Assembly (NCBI RefSeq): GCF_934747485.1
Contig: NZ_CAKVGN010000005.1
Location: forward strand, 1,636 to 65,635
Length of the DNA stretch: 64,000 bases
Origin: an uncultured Brachyspira sp.
Lineage (GTDB): Bacteria > Spirochaetota > Brachyspiria > Brachyspirales > Brachyspiraceae
Direction of reading: 5' to 3'
Program-made: the position numbers and the translations under genes
In this document: positions 8,212-17,795 of the stretch, piece after piece
Position numbering within the stretch: the stretch's first letter is position 1
Layout: every line of letters begins with the position of its first letter
The notes under the pieces: generated by a model
Database searches by the model: none
What the model was told of the DNA's origin: nothing
What the model saw: only the letters and a program-made list of their open reading frames with translations

Positions 8212-9420
8212 ATGCTAGGCAAATTGAAACAGAGTATTAATTATAATGATATGCAAGAAATGAATCGCTATCTTATTATTAAACTATTGATGCAATTAGG
8301 AATATGTTCTAGGGTAGAATTATCAAAGTTATCTGGTTTAAAACAAGCTACAATAACTAATATTATTAATGATTTTATAAAGATAGGTTTAGTTTCTGAA
8401 ATAGGTCCAAAAAATGGAATCAAGGGCAGAAGGTCTATAGCTATAAGTCTTAATAGTGATAATTATAAATTTATAGGTGTGCGACTTACCAGAAGATATA
8501 TTACAGTTGGGTTATTTGATATAGCAGGCAAAAGCTATCTTGTTAGAGAATACAAATTTAATGTTAATGATGGTGTGAATAATACACTTAAAATAATTGA
8601 AACATCTGTTCATGGTATACTTAATGAATATTCTAATGATAATATAATTGCTATAGGAATCTCTCTTCCAGGTCCTTTTATTAGAACTACAGGAATAATT
8701 ACAGTAAATGAATTTCCAGGTTGGGAGCAAGTTTTAGTAGAGGATTATTTTAATAATATATTTCATATACCAGTGTTTTTAGAGCATGATGCTAAGGCTG
8801 GTGTTATGGCTTGTTGGTATATGAATAAATATAATAATGTAAATAAAACTTTAGCTTATGTTATAGCAGGTCATGGAATAGGTGTTGGTGTTATAGTAGA
8901 TGGTAAATTATTAAGAGGCTCTACAGGAACATTTGGAGAAATAGGTCATACTAGCATAGATTTTAATGGACCATTATGTGCATGTGGAAGCAGGGGTTGT
9001 CTTGAAAATTATTGTTCTACGATAGCACTTTCTAGAAGAATAAAAAATGCTTTAGAGCTTGGTGCTAAATCTAGTTTGAGTATTGATTTTACTTTTTCTG
9101 ATATTGTAGAAGCATATAAAAATAAAGATGATTTAACAGTAAAAGAAGTAAATAAAAATATAGAATATTTCAGTGTTGGTATAGTTAATTTAGTTAATAT
9201 GGTAAACCCTGATGTAATAATCATAGGTGATGAAATGGTTAATTTTGGAGATGATTTTCTTAATGTATTAAAATCTAATGTTAGTAAAAGGATCATACCT
9301 GATTTATATAAGAAATTGGATATAAGACTAGGAAATTTTGCTGAAGATGAAGTTTTGATAGGTGCTAGTATTGTAGCTGTCGAATCTATTTTAAAAACAG
9401 GTAATTTAATCAAAAAATAA
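8212..9420 (+). CDS. ROK-family transcriptional repressor (NagC/XylR-like)
   Basis: N-terminal HTH SRVELSKLSGLKQATITNII, GRR motif, GEIGH and CACGSRGCLE zinc motif. Confidence 0.95.
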   Translation: MLGKLKQSINYNDMQEMNRYLIIKLLMQLGICSRVELSKLSGLKQATITNIINDFIKIGLVSEIGPKNGIKGRRSIAISLNSDNYKFIGVRLTRRYITVGLFDIAGKSYLVREYKFNVNDGVNNTLKIIETSVHGILNEYSNDNIIAIGISLPGPFIRTTGIITVNEFPGWEQVLVEDYFNNIFHIPVFLEHDAKAGVMACWYMNKYNNVNKTLAYVIAGHGIGVGVIVDGKLLRGSTGTFGEIGHTSIDFNGPLCACGSRGCLENYCSTIALSRRIKNALELGAKSSLSIDFTFSDIVEAYKNKDDLTVKEVNKNIEYFSVGIVNLVNMVNPDVIIIGDEMVNFGDDFLNVLKSNVSKRIIPDLYKKLDIRLGNFAEDEVLIGASIVAVESILKTGNLIKK

Positions 9421-9498
9421 TTATATTTATTATTATTTAATAATAATTCTATGTAAAAATCAATATATAGTTCATTAACTTTTATTTTATATAAAAAA

Positions 9499-9526
9499 TT
9501 GACAAGTAACTTTTTTTGAATATACT
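9499..9526 (+). promoter_or_regulatory. Sigma70-like promoter of the sugar operon
   Basis: TTGACA-16 nt-TATACT. Confidence 0.6.
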
Positions 9527-9591
9527 ATTTATTATATTGATTAATTTAATTAAGTTAATTAATTAATATAATAAATAAATAGGTGTTTTAT

Positions 9592-10161
9592 ATGGAATAT
9601 AAAGAACTAGTAAAAAAAGTAATTCAAGAAAATAGCACAGTATTGAATCTTGTAAAAAAGGAAGAAATAGAAGTTTTATTATCAGAAATAGAAAAAGCTA
9701 AAACTATTCAATTATATGCTATGGGTCGTATGCAACTTTCTGTTAGAGCTTTTGCTATGAGATTAAAACATATGGGATTTGATACTTATGTAGTTTATGA
9801 TACTACTACACCTGCTATAGGTAAAGGCGATTTACTTCTTGATATATGTGCCGTAACAAATGTAGAATTAAATGTTATAAAATGTGCCAAAGAAGCTGGT
9901 GCTAGAATAGGGGTTTTGACAGCCCATCCAGAAAATGAGCATGGTAAATTAGCAGATTTTTCAGTTTTTGTTCCTGGACAAATTTTTGGTGGAGAAAAGG
10001 AAGTAAAATCTATACAGCCAATGGCATCTTTACTTGAACAATCCATGTTTTTATTTGTTGATATAATTGTTATGATGCTAATAGAAAGAAATAATATAGA
10101 TATAAGCAAAATGCATAAAAGGCATACAAATCTTGAAGGTATACCAACTGCTTTTGCTTAA
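9592..10161 (+). CDS. SIS-domain sugar-phosphate isomerase (6-phospho-3-hexuloisomerase/HxlB-like)
   Basis: GR..L..RAFAMRLKHMG, TTPAI.KGDLL, QPMASL.EQ and RHTNLE motifs; AGGTG RBS. Confidence 0.85.
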   Translation: MEYKELVKKVIQENSTVLNLVKKEEIEVLLSEIEKAKTIQLYAMGRMQLSVRAFAMRLKHMGFDTYVVYDTTTPAIGKGDLLLDICAVTNVELNVIKCAKEAGARIGVLTAHPENEHGKLADFSVFVPGQIFGGEKEVKSIQPMASLLEQSMFLFVDIIVMMLIERNNIDISKMHKRHTNLEGIPTAFA

Positions 10162-10192
10162 TTAATTATATTAAAAAAAGGAGGAATTTCTT

Positions 10193-10663
10193 ATGAGAGA
10201 TGGACAAATTTGTCAAATAGCACAGGTTGTATCAGATATTAAAAAAGCTATGGATCATTTATATAATGATTTTGGTATTGGTCCTTGGGATGTATATGAG
10301 TATGGTCCTCATAATATACAAGATTCTATGTATAGAGGCAAACCAAATACTCAGAGATATGCCTTAGCAGTTACATGGTCTGAAGGTATTCAATATGAAT
10401 TGATGCAGCCTTTAGATGGATATAGTATATATAATGAATTTTTAGAAAAGCATGGAGAAGGTTTGCAGCATATAAAACTTTATTATAAAGATTGTGCTAA
10501 AGCAATTAAGGAATATAAAGAAAAAGGATATGAGGTAATTCAGAGTGGAAGGATAGGTGAAGATGAGTTTTATTATTTAGAATCTACAGATAATGTTGGA
10601 ATTACATTAGAAATAGGAAATGCAGGAAGTATTCCACCACCTTTGTATAAATATCCGTCATAA
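10193..10663 (+). CDS. VOC/glyoxalase superfamily protein (methylmalonyl-CoA epimerase-like)
   Basis: QIAQVV.D, GIGPW and ELMQPLDGYSIYNEFLEKHGEGLQH motifs. Confidence 0.85.
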   Translation: MRDGQICQIAQVVSDIKKAMDHLYNDFGIGPWDVYEYGPHNIQDSMYRGKPNTQRYALAVTWSEGIQYELMQPLDGYSIYNEFLEKHGEGLQHIKLYYKDCAKAIKEYKEKGYEVIQSGRIGEDEFYYLESTDNVGITLEIGNAGSIPPPLYKYPS

Positions 10664-10707
10664 ATTTAGATAAAAAATAAATAAAAAATAAATTTAGGAG
10701 AATAAAA

Positions 10708-11727
10708 ATGAAAAAATTTATATTTACTTTTATTGTTTTATTATTTATAGTTTCATGTGGTAATAATAATGAAACAGCAACTACAAATGATTCTACTGCA
10801 AATACTTCTACACCTGCAGATGGAAAATATACCATGGTAACTGTTCCTAAATTGCGTTCAGCATGGTTTGAAGATTATGAGAATGGTGCTATAAAAGCTG
10901 CTAAAGATTTTGGTATAGAAACATATATGCAAGCACCTTCATCAGCAGATGAGGCACAACAGGTTAGAATAATAGAAGATGCAGTTAATCAGGGTGTTAG
11001 TGCTATTCTAGTTGTTCCAAATAATTCTGCTTCTTGCGTACCTGCTTTCAAAAGAGCACAAGAAAAAAATATACTTGTTTTAACTCATGAATCTCCAGAT
11101 CAAGAAGGTGCTGATTATGATGTAGAGATGATAGATAATGTTAAATTTGGTGAAAGATTTATTGATGAATTAGTTGCAGTTGTTGGAGATAGTGGCGAAT
11201 ATGCAATTTATGTTGGTTCTTTAACTGTTCCTGCACATAACATATGGGCAGATGCAGCTATCGCTTATGCTAAAGCAAAATACCCTAATTTAAAAATGGT
11301 TGGAGATAAATTCCCTGTTTCTGAAGATAGAAATGCAGCAAGACAAAAAACTTTAGAACTTTTAACTGTATATCCTAATTTAAAAGGAATATTAGCATTT
11401 GGAAGTCAAGGTGCTCCTGGTGCAGGACAAGCATTAAGAGAAAAATCAATGCAAGGTAAAATCACAATTTTAGGAACAACAACTCCTAAAGAAATAGCTC
11501 CATTTTTGAAAGATAAATCAGTAACTTCTTCTATTATGTGGAGTCCAGGAGAAGCTTCTTATGCTATGGTTTATTTAGCAAAAATGATATTAGACGGTAA
11601 AAGAGATGAAATAAAACAAGGTCTTGAAATACCTAATTTAGGTGTACCTACTATTAATGGAAAAAATGTATTGTTCAATAGACCATTAGTAATTACAGCT
11701 GAAAATGCAGATAATTATAATTTCTAA
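10708..11727 (+). CDS. Sugar ABC transporter substrate-binding lipoprotein (LsrB/RhaS-like)
   Basis: Lipobox IVSC; VPKL..AWF, AQQVRIIED and periplasmic binding protein type 1 features. Confidence 0.9.
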   Translation: MKKFIFTFIVLLFIVSCGNNNETATTNDSTANTSTPADGKYTMVTVPKLRSAWFEDYENGAIKAAKDFGIETYMQAPSSADEAQQVRIIEDAVNQGVSAILVVPNNSASCVPAFKRAQEKNILVLTHESPDQEGADYDVEMIDNVKFGERFIDELVAVVGDSGEYAIYVGSLTVPAHNIWADAAIAYAKAKYPNLKMVGDKFPVSEDRNAARQKTLELLTVYPNLKGILAFGSQGAPGAGQALREKSMQGKITILGTTTPKEIAPFLKDKSVTSSIMWSPGEASYAMVYLAKMILDGKRDEIKQGLEIPNLGVPTINGKNVLFNRPLVITAENADNYNF

Positions 11728-11771
11728 TAGTTTATATTGTTAAATTATTCTTTAGGCAGGCATAGTATATA

Positions 11772-13274
11772 ATGGAAGATTTTATAAAAATTCAACATAT
11801 ATCTAAAAGCTTTAATGCTCTTAAAGCATTAGATGATGTTTCATTTGAGTTAAAGAAAGGAGAAGCACTTGCTTTATGTGGAGCTAATGGAAGTGGAAAA
11901 TCTACATTAATAAAAATATTAGCGGGTGTTTTAGAGGCAGATAGCGGTACTATAGAAATAAATGGTAAAAAAATGGTTTCTTATGGTCCTCTTTCTGGAA
12001 TTAAACATGGTATTAGTGTTATATATCAGGATATATCATTATTTCCTACTTTAACAGTTTTGGAAAATATATGTCTGCCAAGAATGATAGGAGACGGAGC
12101 TAAATTTTCGTTTCTAAAAAATAAAATTAACGCTGCTAAATCTATATTAGAAGACTTAGAAGTTAATATAGATGTTAATGCTATAGTTGAGGAGCTTCCT
12201 TTAGCTTCTCAACAACTTATAGCTATAGCACGTGCTCTTAATAATAATTCTAAATTAATTATTTTAGATGAGCCTACAACAGCTCTTACAAGAGTGGAAG
12301 TAAATCAATTATTTAAAATAGTAAATAAATTAAAGCAAAATGGAATATCCGTTATTTTTATAAGCCATAAACTTGATGAGGTATTTGAGCTTTGTGATAG
12401 AGTAATATGCTTAAGAGATGGTAAATTGGTAGCATCTGCTTTAATGTCAGATATTTCTGTAGAAGAAATAGAAAGATTTATGGTTGGTCAATCAACTATA
12501 TATACAGGGGTTAATGATTTAGATAAAGATGCTCCTATTATATTAGAAGTTGATTCTTTATGTAAAAAAAATAATTATAAGGATATAAGTTTCAATTTAA
12601 GAAAAGGTGAAATATTAGGAATAATAGGACTATTAGGTTCTGGAAGAACTGAGTTGGCATTATCATTATTTGGTGTATCTAAAGCTGATAGTGGTAAGAT
12701 TTATGTAGATGGAAAAGAATGTAAAATTAATAATATACAAGATGCTGTTAGGGCAAAAATAGCTTATGTTCCAGAAGATAGACTTACAGAAGGTTTAATA
12801 ATGAATTATCCAATAAAGGATAATATGGTTATAGTAAATCTAGAAAAAGTAAAAAATAAGTTTGGTTTTTTAGAGAATTCGTTTATTAATAAAATAACAA
12901 ATTTTTGGATTAAAGAATTATCCATTAAAACAGAATCTGGAGATAATAAAGTTTCAGAACTTTCAGGAGGAAACCAGCAGAAAATAGTTATAGGTAAATG
13001 GCTTGATGAAAATCCTAAAATATTAATTTTAGATGGTCCTACTGTAGGTATAGATATAGGAGCTAAAGCGGGTATTTTTGAAACTATTAAATTATTCTCT
13101 AAAAATAATGGAATGGGTGTTATTTTAATTTCTGATGAAATAAAAGAAATAGTTTCATATAGTAATCGCATAATTATAATGCGTAATGGAAGAATATATA
13201 AAATATTCGATAGAGGAAGTGTAAATGAAAGTGATATACAAGCTATGTTAGATGAACAAAAACGTAGTATGTGA
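11772..13274 (+). CDS. Sugar ABC transporter ATP-binding protein (CUT2, two NBDs)
   Basis: GANGSGKST, LDEPT, YVPEDR, LSGGNQQK. Confidence 0.95.
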   Translation: MEDFIKIQHISKSFNALKALDDVSFELKKGEALALCGANGSGKSTLIKILAGVLEADSGTIEINGKKMVSYGPLSGIKHGISVIYQDISLFPTLTVLENICLPRMIGDGAKFSFLKNKINAAKSILEDLEVNIDVNAIVEELPLASQQLIAIARALNNNSKLIILDEPTTALTRVEVNQLFKIVNKLKQNGISVIFISHKLDEVFELCDRVICLRDGKLVASALMSDISVEEIERFMVGQSTIYTGVNDLDKDAPIILEVDSLCKKNNYKDISFNLRKGEILGIIGLLGSGRTELALSLFGVSKADSGKIYVDGKECKINNIQDAVRAKIAYVPEDRLTEGLIMNYPIKDNMVIVNLEKVKNKFGFLENSFINKITNFWIKELSIKTESGDNKVSELSGGNQQKIVIGKWLDENPKILILDGPTVGIDIGAKAGIFETIKLFSKNNGMGVILISDEIKEIVSYSNRIIIMRNGRIYKIFDRGSVNESDIQAMLDEQKRSM

Positions 13275-13299
13275 TTAATAAATAAAAGGGTGTTGTTTC

Positions 13300-14310
13300 A
13301 TGTATAGTATTTTAAATTTTATGAAAAAAAGAGAAGTTGTTCTTGCTATAATTATTTTTGTACTTGTAATAGTAATATCTTCTTTAACTCCTAATTTTTT
13401 AAATTATGAAAATATATCTAATATATTAAAATCATATACAGTTTTAGGAATTTTTGCTTTAGGAACATTACTTGTAATAATCAGTGGTGGGGTTGATGTA
13501 TCTTTTACAGCTATTGCTCAAGTTGTACAATATGTTGTTGTGTATGTATTATTGAATTATATTTCAGGTAATATATACATAGCTTTTTTATTAGCAATAG
13601 TTTTCGGAGTGATATTAGGTTTATTCAATGGATTTTTAATTTATCATTATAAAATGCCTGCTATAATTATAACTATAGCTACACAAAATTTATTTTACGG
13701 AATATTGTATGTAGTTACAAAGGGTAAATTATTATACGAAGTTCCTCCATATTTCTGGACATTTGCAGATGCAAAACTATTTACAATAACAAATGAAATA
13801 GGAATAAATGTAGGAATTAGTTTAGTTACTGTATTATGGTTTATTATGGCTTTGGCTTTATTTTTTATATTAAAATACACTATTTTAGGACGAAGTGTAT
13901 ATTTAATAGGATGTAATAGTGTGGCAGCAAAAAGAATTGGGGTAAGTATATTAAAAACTACATTATTTGTTTATGGTTTATCAGCAGCTATAGCAGCAAT
14001 AGGTTCTATAGTACATGTTTCCATAGTTCAAACTGTAATACCTAATTCTATAGTTGGTACAGAAATGCAAGTTATTGCGGCAGTAGTTTTAGGTGGTGCT
14101 TCAATTACTGGAGGAAAGGGTTCTGTTATGGGTACTATGTTAGGTGTCCTTCTTTTTGCTATATTAAGTAATAGCCTTACTCTTTTACAAATATCATCAT
14201 ATTGGTATAATGTATTTATAGGGGCAATAATAGTTATTAGTATACTTGTTAATGCTTTACAAGAAATAAAAGCTAGAAATTCTATAGTTCGTGTAAATGT
14301 TGAAAATTAA
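13300..14310 (+). CDS. Sugar ABC transporter permease
   Basis: Hydrophobic; GGVDVS and IAAVVLGGASITGGKG motifs. Confidence 0.93.
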   Translation: MYSILNFMKKREVVLAIIIFVLVIVISSLTPNFLNYENISNILKSYTVLGIFALGTLLVIISGGVDVSFTAIAQVVQYVVVYVLLNYISGNIYIAFLLAIVFGVILGLFNGFLIYHYKMPAIIITIATQNLFYGILYVVTKGKLLYEVPPYFWTFADAKLFTITNEIGINVGISLVTVLWFIMALALFFILKYTILGRSVYLIGCNSVAAKRIGVSILKTTLFVYGLSAAIAAIGSIVHVSIVQTVIPNSIVGTEMQVIAAVVLGGASITGGKGSVMGTMLGVLLFAILSNSLTLLQISSYWYNVFIGAIIVISILVNALQEIKARNSIVRVNVEN

Positions 14311-14324
14311 TATCGGGGGAAATA

Positions 14325-15356
14325 ATGGCTGACTTTGATAAAATATCTTCTTTCATAAAAAGAATGAGAAAGGGAGAACAGTTTTCTCTTGTTATAACAC
14401 TCATATTAGTATATATATTAATGGTAATAGCTAATGGTAATAAATTCTTATCTTTTAATAATATGTATGCTATGGCATATCAGCTTCCTATTATAGGATT
14501 TCTTGCTATAGGAATGATGATATCTGAACTTTCTGGTGGTATTAATTTATCTATTATTGCAAATATGAATTTGAATGGTGTTATAATATATTTAGTATTA
14601 AATGCACTTACTAATGGAAATATGCAAGAATCTAATATATTTTTCATTTTTATAGCAATAATATGTGGATTTATCACAAGTATAATTATTGGTATTGTTA
14701 ATGGTTTTCTTATAACACAATTTAATATACCTGCTATTTTAGTTACTTTAGGAACTATGACATTATTACAAGGTGTTAATTTGGTACTTACGAAAGGATA
14801 TACTATATCTGGATTTCCAAATGAACTTGTATTTATAGGTAATGGAAAAATATTTAATATTCCTGTGGCTATTATACTGTTTATTATTGTAATTATTATA
14901 ACACACTTTATATTGAATCGTTCTTCTTATGGTAAACAATTATATTTAACTGGTGCTAATACTAAGGCAAGTAAGTTTTCTAATGTTAATATATCTAAAG
15001 TTATCATTATAGAATATATATTATCAGCTTGTTTTGCTTCATTTGCTTCTTTGGTTTTAATAGGTCAAATGAATTCTGTAAAAGCAAACTATGCTGAGTC
15101 ATATCTTTTAGTAGCTGTATTAGCAAGTTTTCTTGGAGGAGTTGATCCTAATGGAGGATTTGGTAAATTATCAGGTATGGTATTAGCTTCTATAATATTA
15201 CAATTTATATCTACAGGATTAAATTTAATGCGTTTAGATCCGTTTATGATAACAGCTATGTGGGGAGCAATTATAATAATAATCTTAATAGTAAAAGAAG
15301 TTTCTAGTTTTATCATAGTTAAAATAAAATCTAGTTTCAGTAATAAAACTATATAA
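14325..15356 (+). CDS. Sugar ABC transporter permease
   Basis: Hydrophobic; GGINLS, ILVTLGTM and LGGVDPNGGFG motifs. Confidence 0.93.
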   Translation: MADFDKISSFIKRMRKGEQFSLVITLILVYILMVIANGNKFLSFNNMYAMAYQLPIIGFLAIGMMISELSGGINLSIIANMNLNGVIIYLVLNALTNGNMQESNIFFIFIAIICGFITSIIIGIVNGFLITQFNIPAILVTLGTMTLLQGVNLVLTKGYTISGFPNELVFIGNGKIFNIPVAIILFIIVIIITHFILNRSSYGKQLYLTGANTKASKFSNVNISKVIIIEYILSACFASFASLVLIGQMNSVKANYAESYLLVAVLASFLGGVDPNGGFGKLSGMVLASIILQFISTGLNLMRLDPFMITAMWGAIIIIILIVKEVSSFIIVKIKSSFSNKTI

Positions 15357-15388
15357 ACATTTTATTCTTAAATTAATTATTTATTTTT

Positions 15389-15418
15389 AAGCCTTATATT
15401 AATTTATAAGGCTTTTTT
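15389..15418 (+). terminator. Intrinsic terminator ending the sugar operon
   Basis: AAGCCTTATA-TTAATT-TATAAGGCTT plus T-run. Confidence 0.8.
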
Positions 15419-15499
15419 ATTTTTTTATAAAATTAATTTATGATGTGATGTATAAAAAATATAATAAAAATTTGTATAGCATAAATTTTTTAATGATAA

Positions 15500-15847
15500 T
15501 TAATTTTTAGTTTTAAAAAATGAGTTATATTTGTCTTTTTCTTTCATTATCATATTTGATAAAAATGTGCTATTTGAATATTCGTAATATTGCTTATTGG
15601 GTTTGTACTCAAAGTCAAAATAATTTTTTGATATTAAAGAAGAGTTATAATAAATACTTGATGTAATATTATTTTGATAAAGAAATAAATCGTTATATAT
15701 GTTTTTAAAATAGCTTTGAAAATAGTTATTAAAATATAAATTATTATTAAAATTATTTGTATAATAGTTATTTAAAGGAAAAAAGAAATTATTATATGAA
15801 TATAATGTAATACTATAAAATATAAGTATTAATAAAAATTTCTTCAT
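15500..15847 (-). CDS. Hypothetical Asn/Tyr-rich secreted protein
   Basis: MKKFLLILIF signal-peptide-like start; low complexity. Confidence 0.5.
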   Translation of the reverse strand: MKKFLLILIFYSITLYSYNNFFFPLNNYYTNNFNNNLYFNNYFQSYFKNIYNDLFLYQNNITSSIYYNSSLISKNYFDFEYKPNKQYYEYSNSTFLSNMIMKEKDKYNSFFKTKN

Positions 15848-15907
15848 ACTTACTTATAATGATATCATAAATTTACAGTTTGTCAAAATTTAATTTTTTC
15901 ATTATTT

Positions 15908-16015
15908 GTGGGGACTAGCCCCCTGCGAAGCGTGCCAGTATGGTACACACCCCACTTCTTTTGCGACCGCAGGAAGTGCCTTCGGTATTGCCACAAAGAA
16001 GCAAAAGGCTATTTT
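15908..16015 (-). mobile_element. Family B right half with M1-like and M2 modules
   Basis: Exact 24-nt insert at 15964-15987 relative to the empty allele at 50888-50910. Confidence 0.8.
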
Positions 16016-16082
16016 TTAATTTAAATATATAGTTTATTTTATATTCAAATATATTTTATTATTTATAAAAGGAGTATATTAA

Positions 16083-16442
16083 ATGCAAAAAAATATTTTT
16101 AAATGCAAAGAGTTTTTTAATAGATACATTGTAGAGGAAACGGTTTATAAAGAGGCTGATAATGATGAGTTTATGCCAGTTAAAATATATAGCCGTTCTA
16201 CTTTGGGAAGTAAGTTTAATGATGAAGACATTATAAGCATTAACAGACCAACTTTTAGAGAGAATCTTGATTATGTAAAGGCTAAAGAAAACAATAACAC
16301 AGAAGATGATATATTTGTTTGGCTTGATGTGAGGATTAATGATGAGTTAGCTACAAGCTTACTTGATAAATGGAGCACAAAAGATATTAATGAGTTTGCA
16401 CAGGTGATAAAAAGTTTTTTGTTAGAGAGGCGAGCTTTATAA
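16083..16442 (+). CDS. Putative GTA tail assembly chaperone, short form (gpG-like; possibly VSH-1 OrfE)
   Basis: 119 aa acidic protein, AAGGAG RBS, slippery T TTT TTG near the 3' end. Confidence 0.65.
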   Translation: MQKNIFKCKEFFNRYIVEETVYKEADNDEFMPVKIYSRSTLGSKFNDEDIISINRPTFRENLDYVKAKENNNTEDDIFVWLDVRINDELATSLLDKWSTKDINEFAQVIKSFLLERRAL

Positions 16443-16465
16443 AGATAACTTCTATAGAGCAAGCC
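16415..16465 (+). promoter_or_regulatory. -1 programmed ribosomal frameshift signal
   Basis: In-register heptamer T TTT TTG (16415-16421), 7-nt spacer, hairpin GGC-GA-GCTTTATA(16429-16441)/TATAGAGC-AA-GCC(16453-16465). Confidence 0.7.
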
Positions 16466-16708
16466 GAAATTAATAATTTGGTTACTTATGCTTTTAATAA
16501 TAGAGATATAAAGAATAATGATTTTTGTTATTTGGAAGACGGAATTTTGAGTTTATATACTGCTTTTAATTTTTGGGGAAAGATAATAGCTGAGGCTTGG
16601 TATCAGATAATAAGCGGCAGGTATGTTTTAACTAAGTATGATGAAGATGATTATTTGAGGCTTGGGCTTAATTATGCTATTTATAAGTTTAGAAGTTTAA
16701 TAAAATAG
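16421..16708 (+). CDS. -1 frame extension (gpT-like) giving an approx. 208 aa fusion with 16083
   Basis: The -1 frame is open from 16394 to TAG at 16706-16708; the ORF-track TTG start at 16478 has no clear RBS. Confidence 0.65.
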   Translation, partial: VREASFIKITSIEQAEINNLVTYAFNNRDIKNNDFCYLEDGILSLYTAFNFWGKIIAEAWYQIISGRYVLTKYDEDDYLRLGLNYAIYKFRSLIK

Positions 16709-16788
16709 TAAAAAAATAGTATTGACATTAACAAAATATTATGTAAACTTTAATACTATATATAAAAAATTATGCAGGAATTAAAGTT

Positions 16789-17787
16789 ATGATAAATGTT
16801 AGTTTTAAAGATTTAAAAGAAGCTGTAATAAAAAAATTAAGATTAGCAGATGTTAATGAGGGTGATGCGGAAATTGTTGCTGATGTTTTATGTTATGCGG
16901 ATGTGAGGGGTATTCACTCCCATGGAGTTATAAGGCTTGAGCATTATATAAACAGAATAAAATCTGGAGGAATAAATTTAAAATCAAATTTTAATATAGA
17001 AGCAAAAAAGCCTTCATTTGCATTAATGGATGCAGATGGAGGTTTTGGACATATTGCTATGAAAAGAGCTACAGAGTGGGCAATAGAAACGTCAGACAAA
17101 CAAGGTATTGCTGTAATAGGTATAAAGAATAACAGTCATTGCGGTTCTTTAGGTTATTATAATAAAATGGCTATAGATAGCAAGAAAGTATCTTTAATAA
17201 TGGTTAATACAGACCCTTGCGTAATACCTTATGGAGGAAAGAGTTGTTTTTTTGGAACTAACCCTATAAGTTATGGTTTTCCTGCTACGAAAGATTTTTT
17301 ACTTGGGGATATGGCCACTAGTGAAGTTTCGCTTGGCAGAATATTTACAGCACGTGATAACAATGAAACTATACCAAATAATTGGGGAGTTGATGAGAAT
17401 GGCAATCCTACAGATGACCCTAAAAAAATAAAATATGTTGTACCTTTTGGCGGAGCTAAGGGGTATGTTATTATGACTATGATAGAGGCTTTTACTGGTC
17501 TTTTGATTGGAAATGTTTATTGTAATAACTTAGTTAAGATGTATGGAGATATGGATAAAAAAAGAGATTTGTCAACATTTATGCTTGTAGTTGATCCTTT
17601 TGTGTATAATGAAGATTATTTGGATACTGTTCAATCATTTATAGATGATATAAGAAAAGAGCCTCCATTAGATAAGAATAAGCCTATAACAATACCGGGC
17701 GAGAGAAAAGAAGCTTGTTATAGAGATTACTTAAAAAACGGCATACCATTATCTGAGAAAGTTTATAAATATGTTTTTGGAGATTGA
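16789..17787 (+). CDS. Ldh_2-family oxidoreductase (ureidoglycolate dehydrogenase AllD-like)
   Basis: AD.RGIHSHG, HCGSLGYY, FGTNPI, DMATS, PFGGAKG and IPGE motifs. Confidence 0.9.
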   Translation: MINVSFKDLKEAVIKKLRLADVNEGDAEIVADVLCYADVRGIHSHGVIRLEHYINRIKSGGINLKSNFNIEAKKPSFALMDADGGFGHIAMKRATEWAIETSDKQGIAVIGIKNNSHCGSLGYYNKMAIDSKKVSLIMVNTDPCVIPYGGKSCFFGTNPISYGFPATKDFLLGDMATSEVSLGRIFTARDNNETIPNNWGVDENGNPTDDPKKIKYVVPFGGAKGYVIMTMIEAFTGLLIGNVYCNNLVKMYGDMDKKRDLSTFMLVVDPFVYNEDYLDTVQSFIDDIRKEPPLDKNKPITIPGERKEACYRDYLKNGIPLSEKVYKYVFGD

Positions 17788-17795
17788 CTCTAGAA

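Noticed and set aside
8182..15356. Apparent excess of GATC sites in the sugar island as a foreign-DNA signal
   Set aside because: Only an impression from reading; not counted against a background model.
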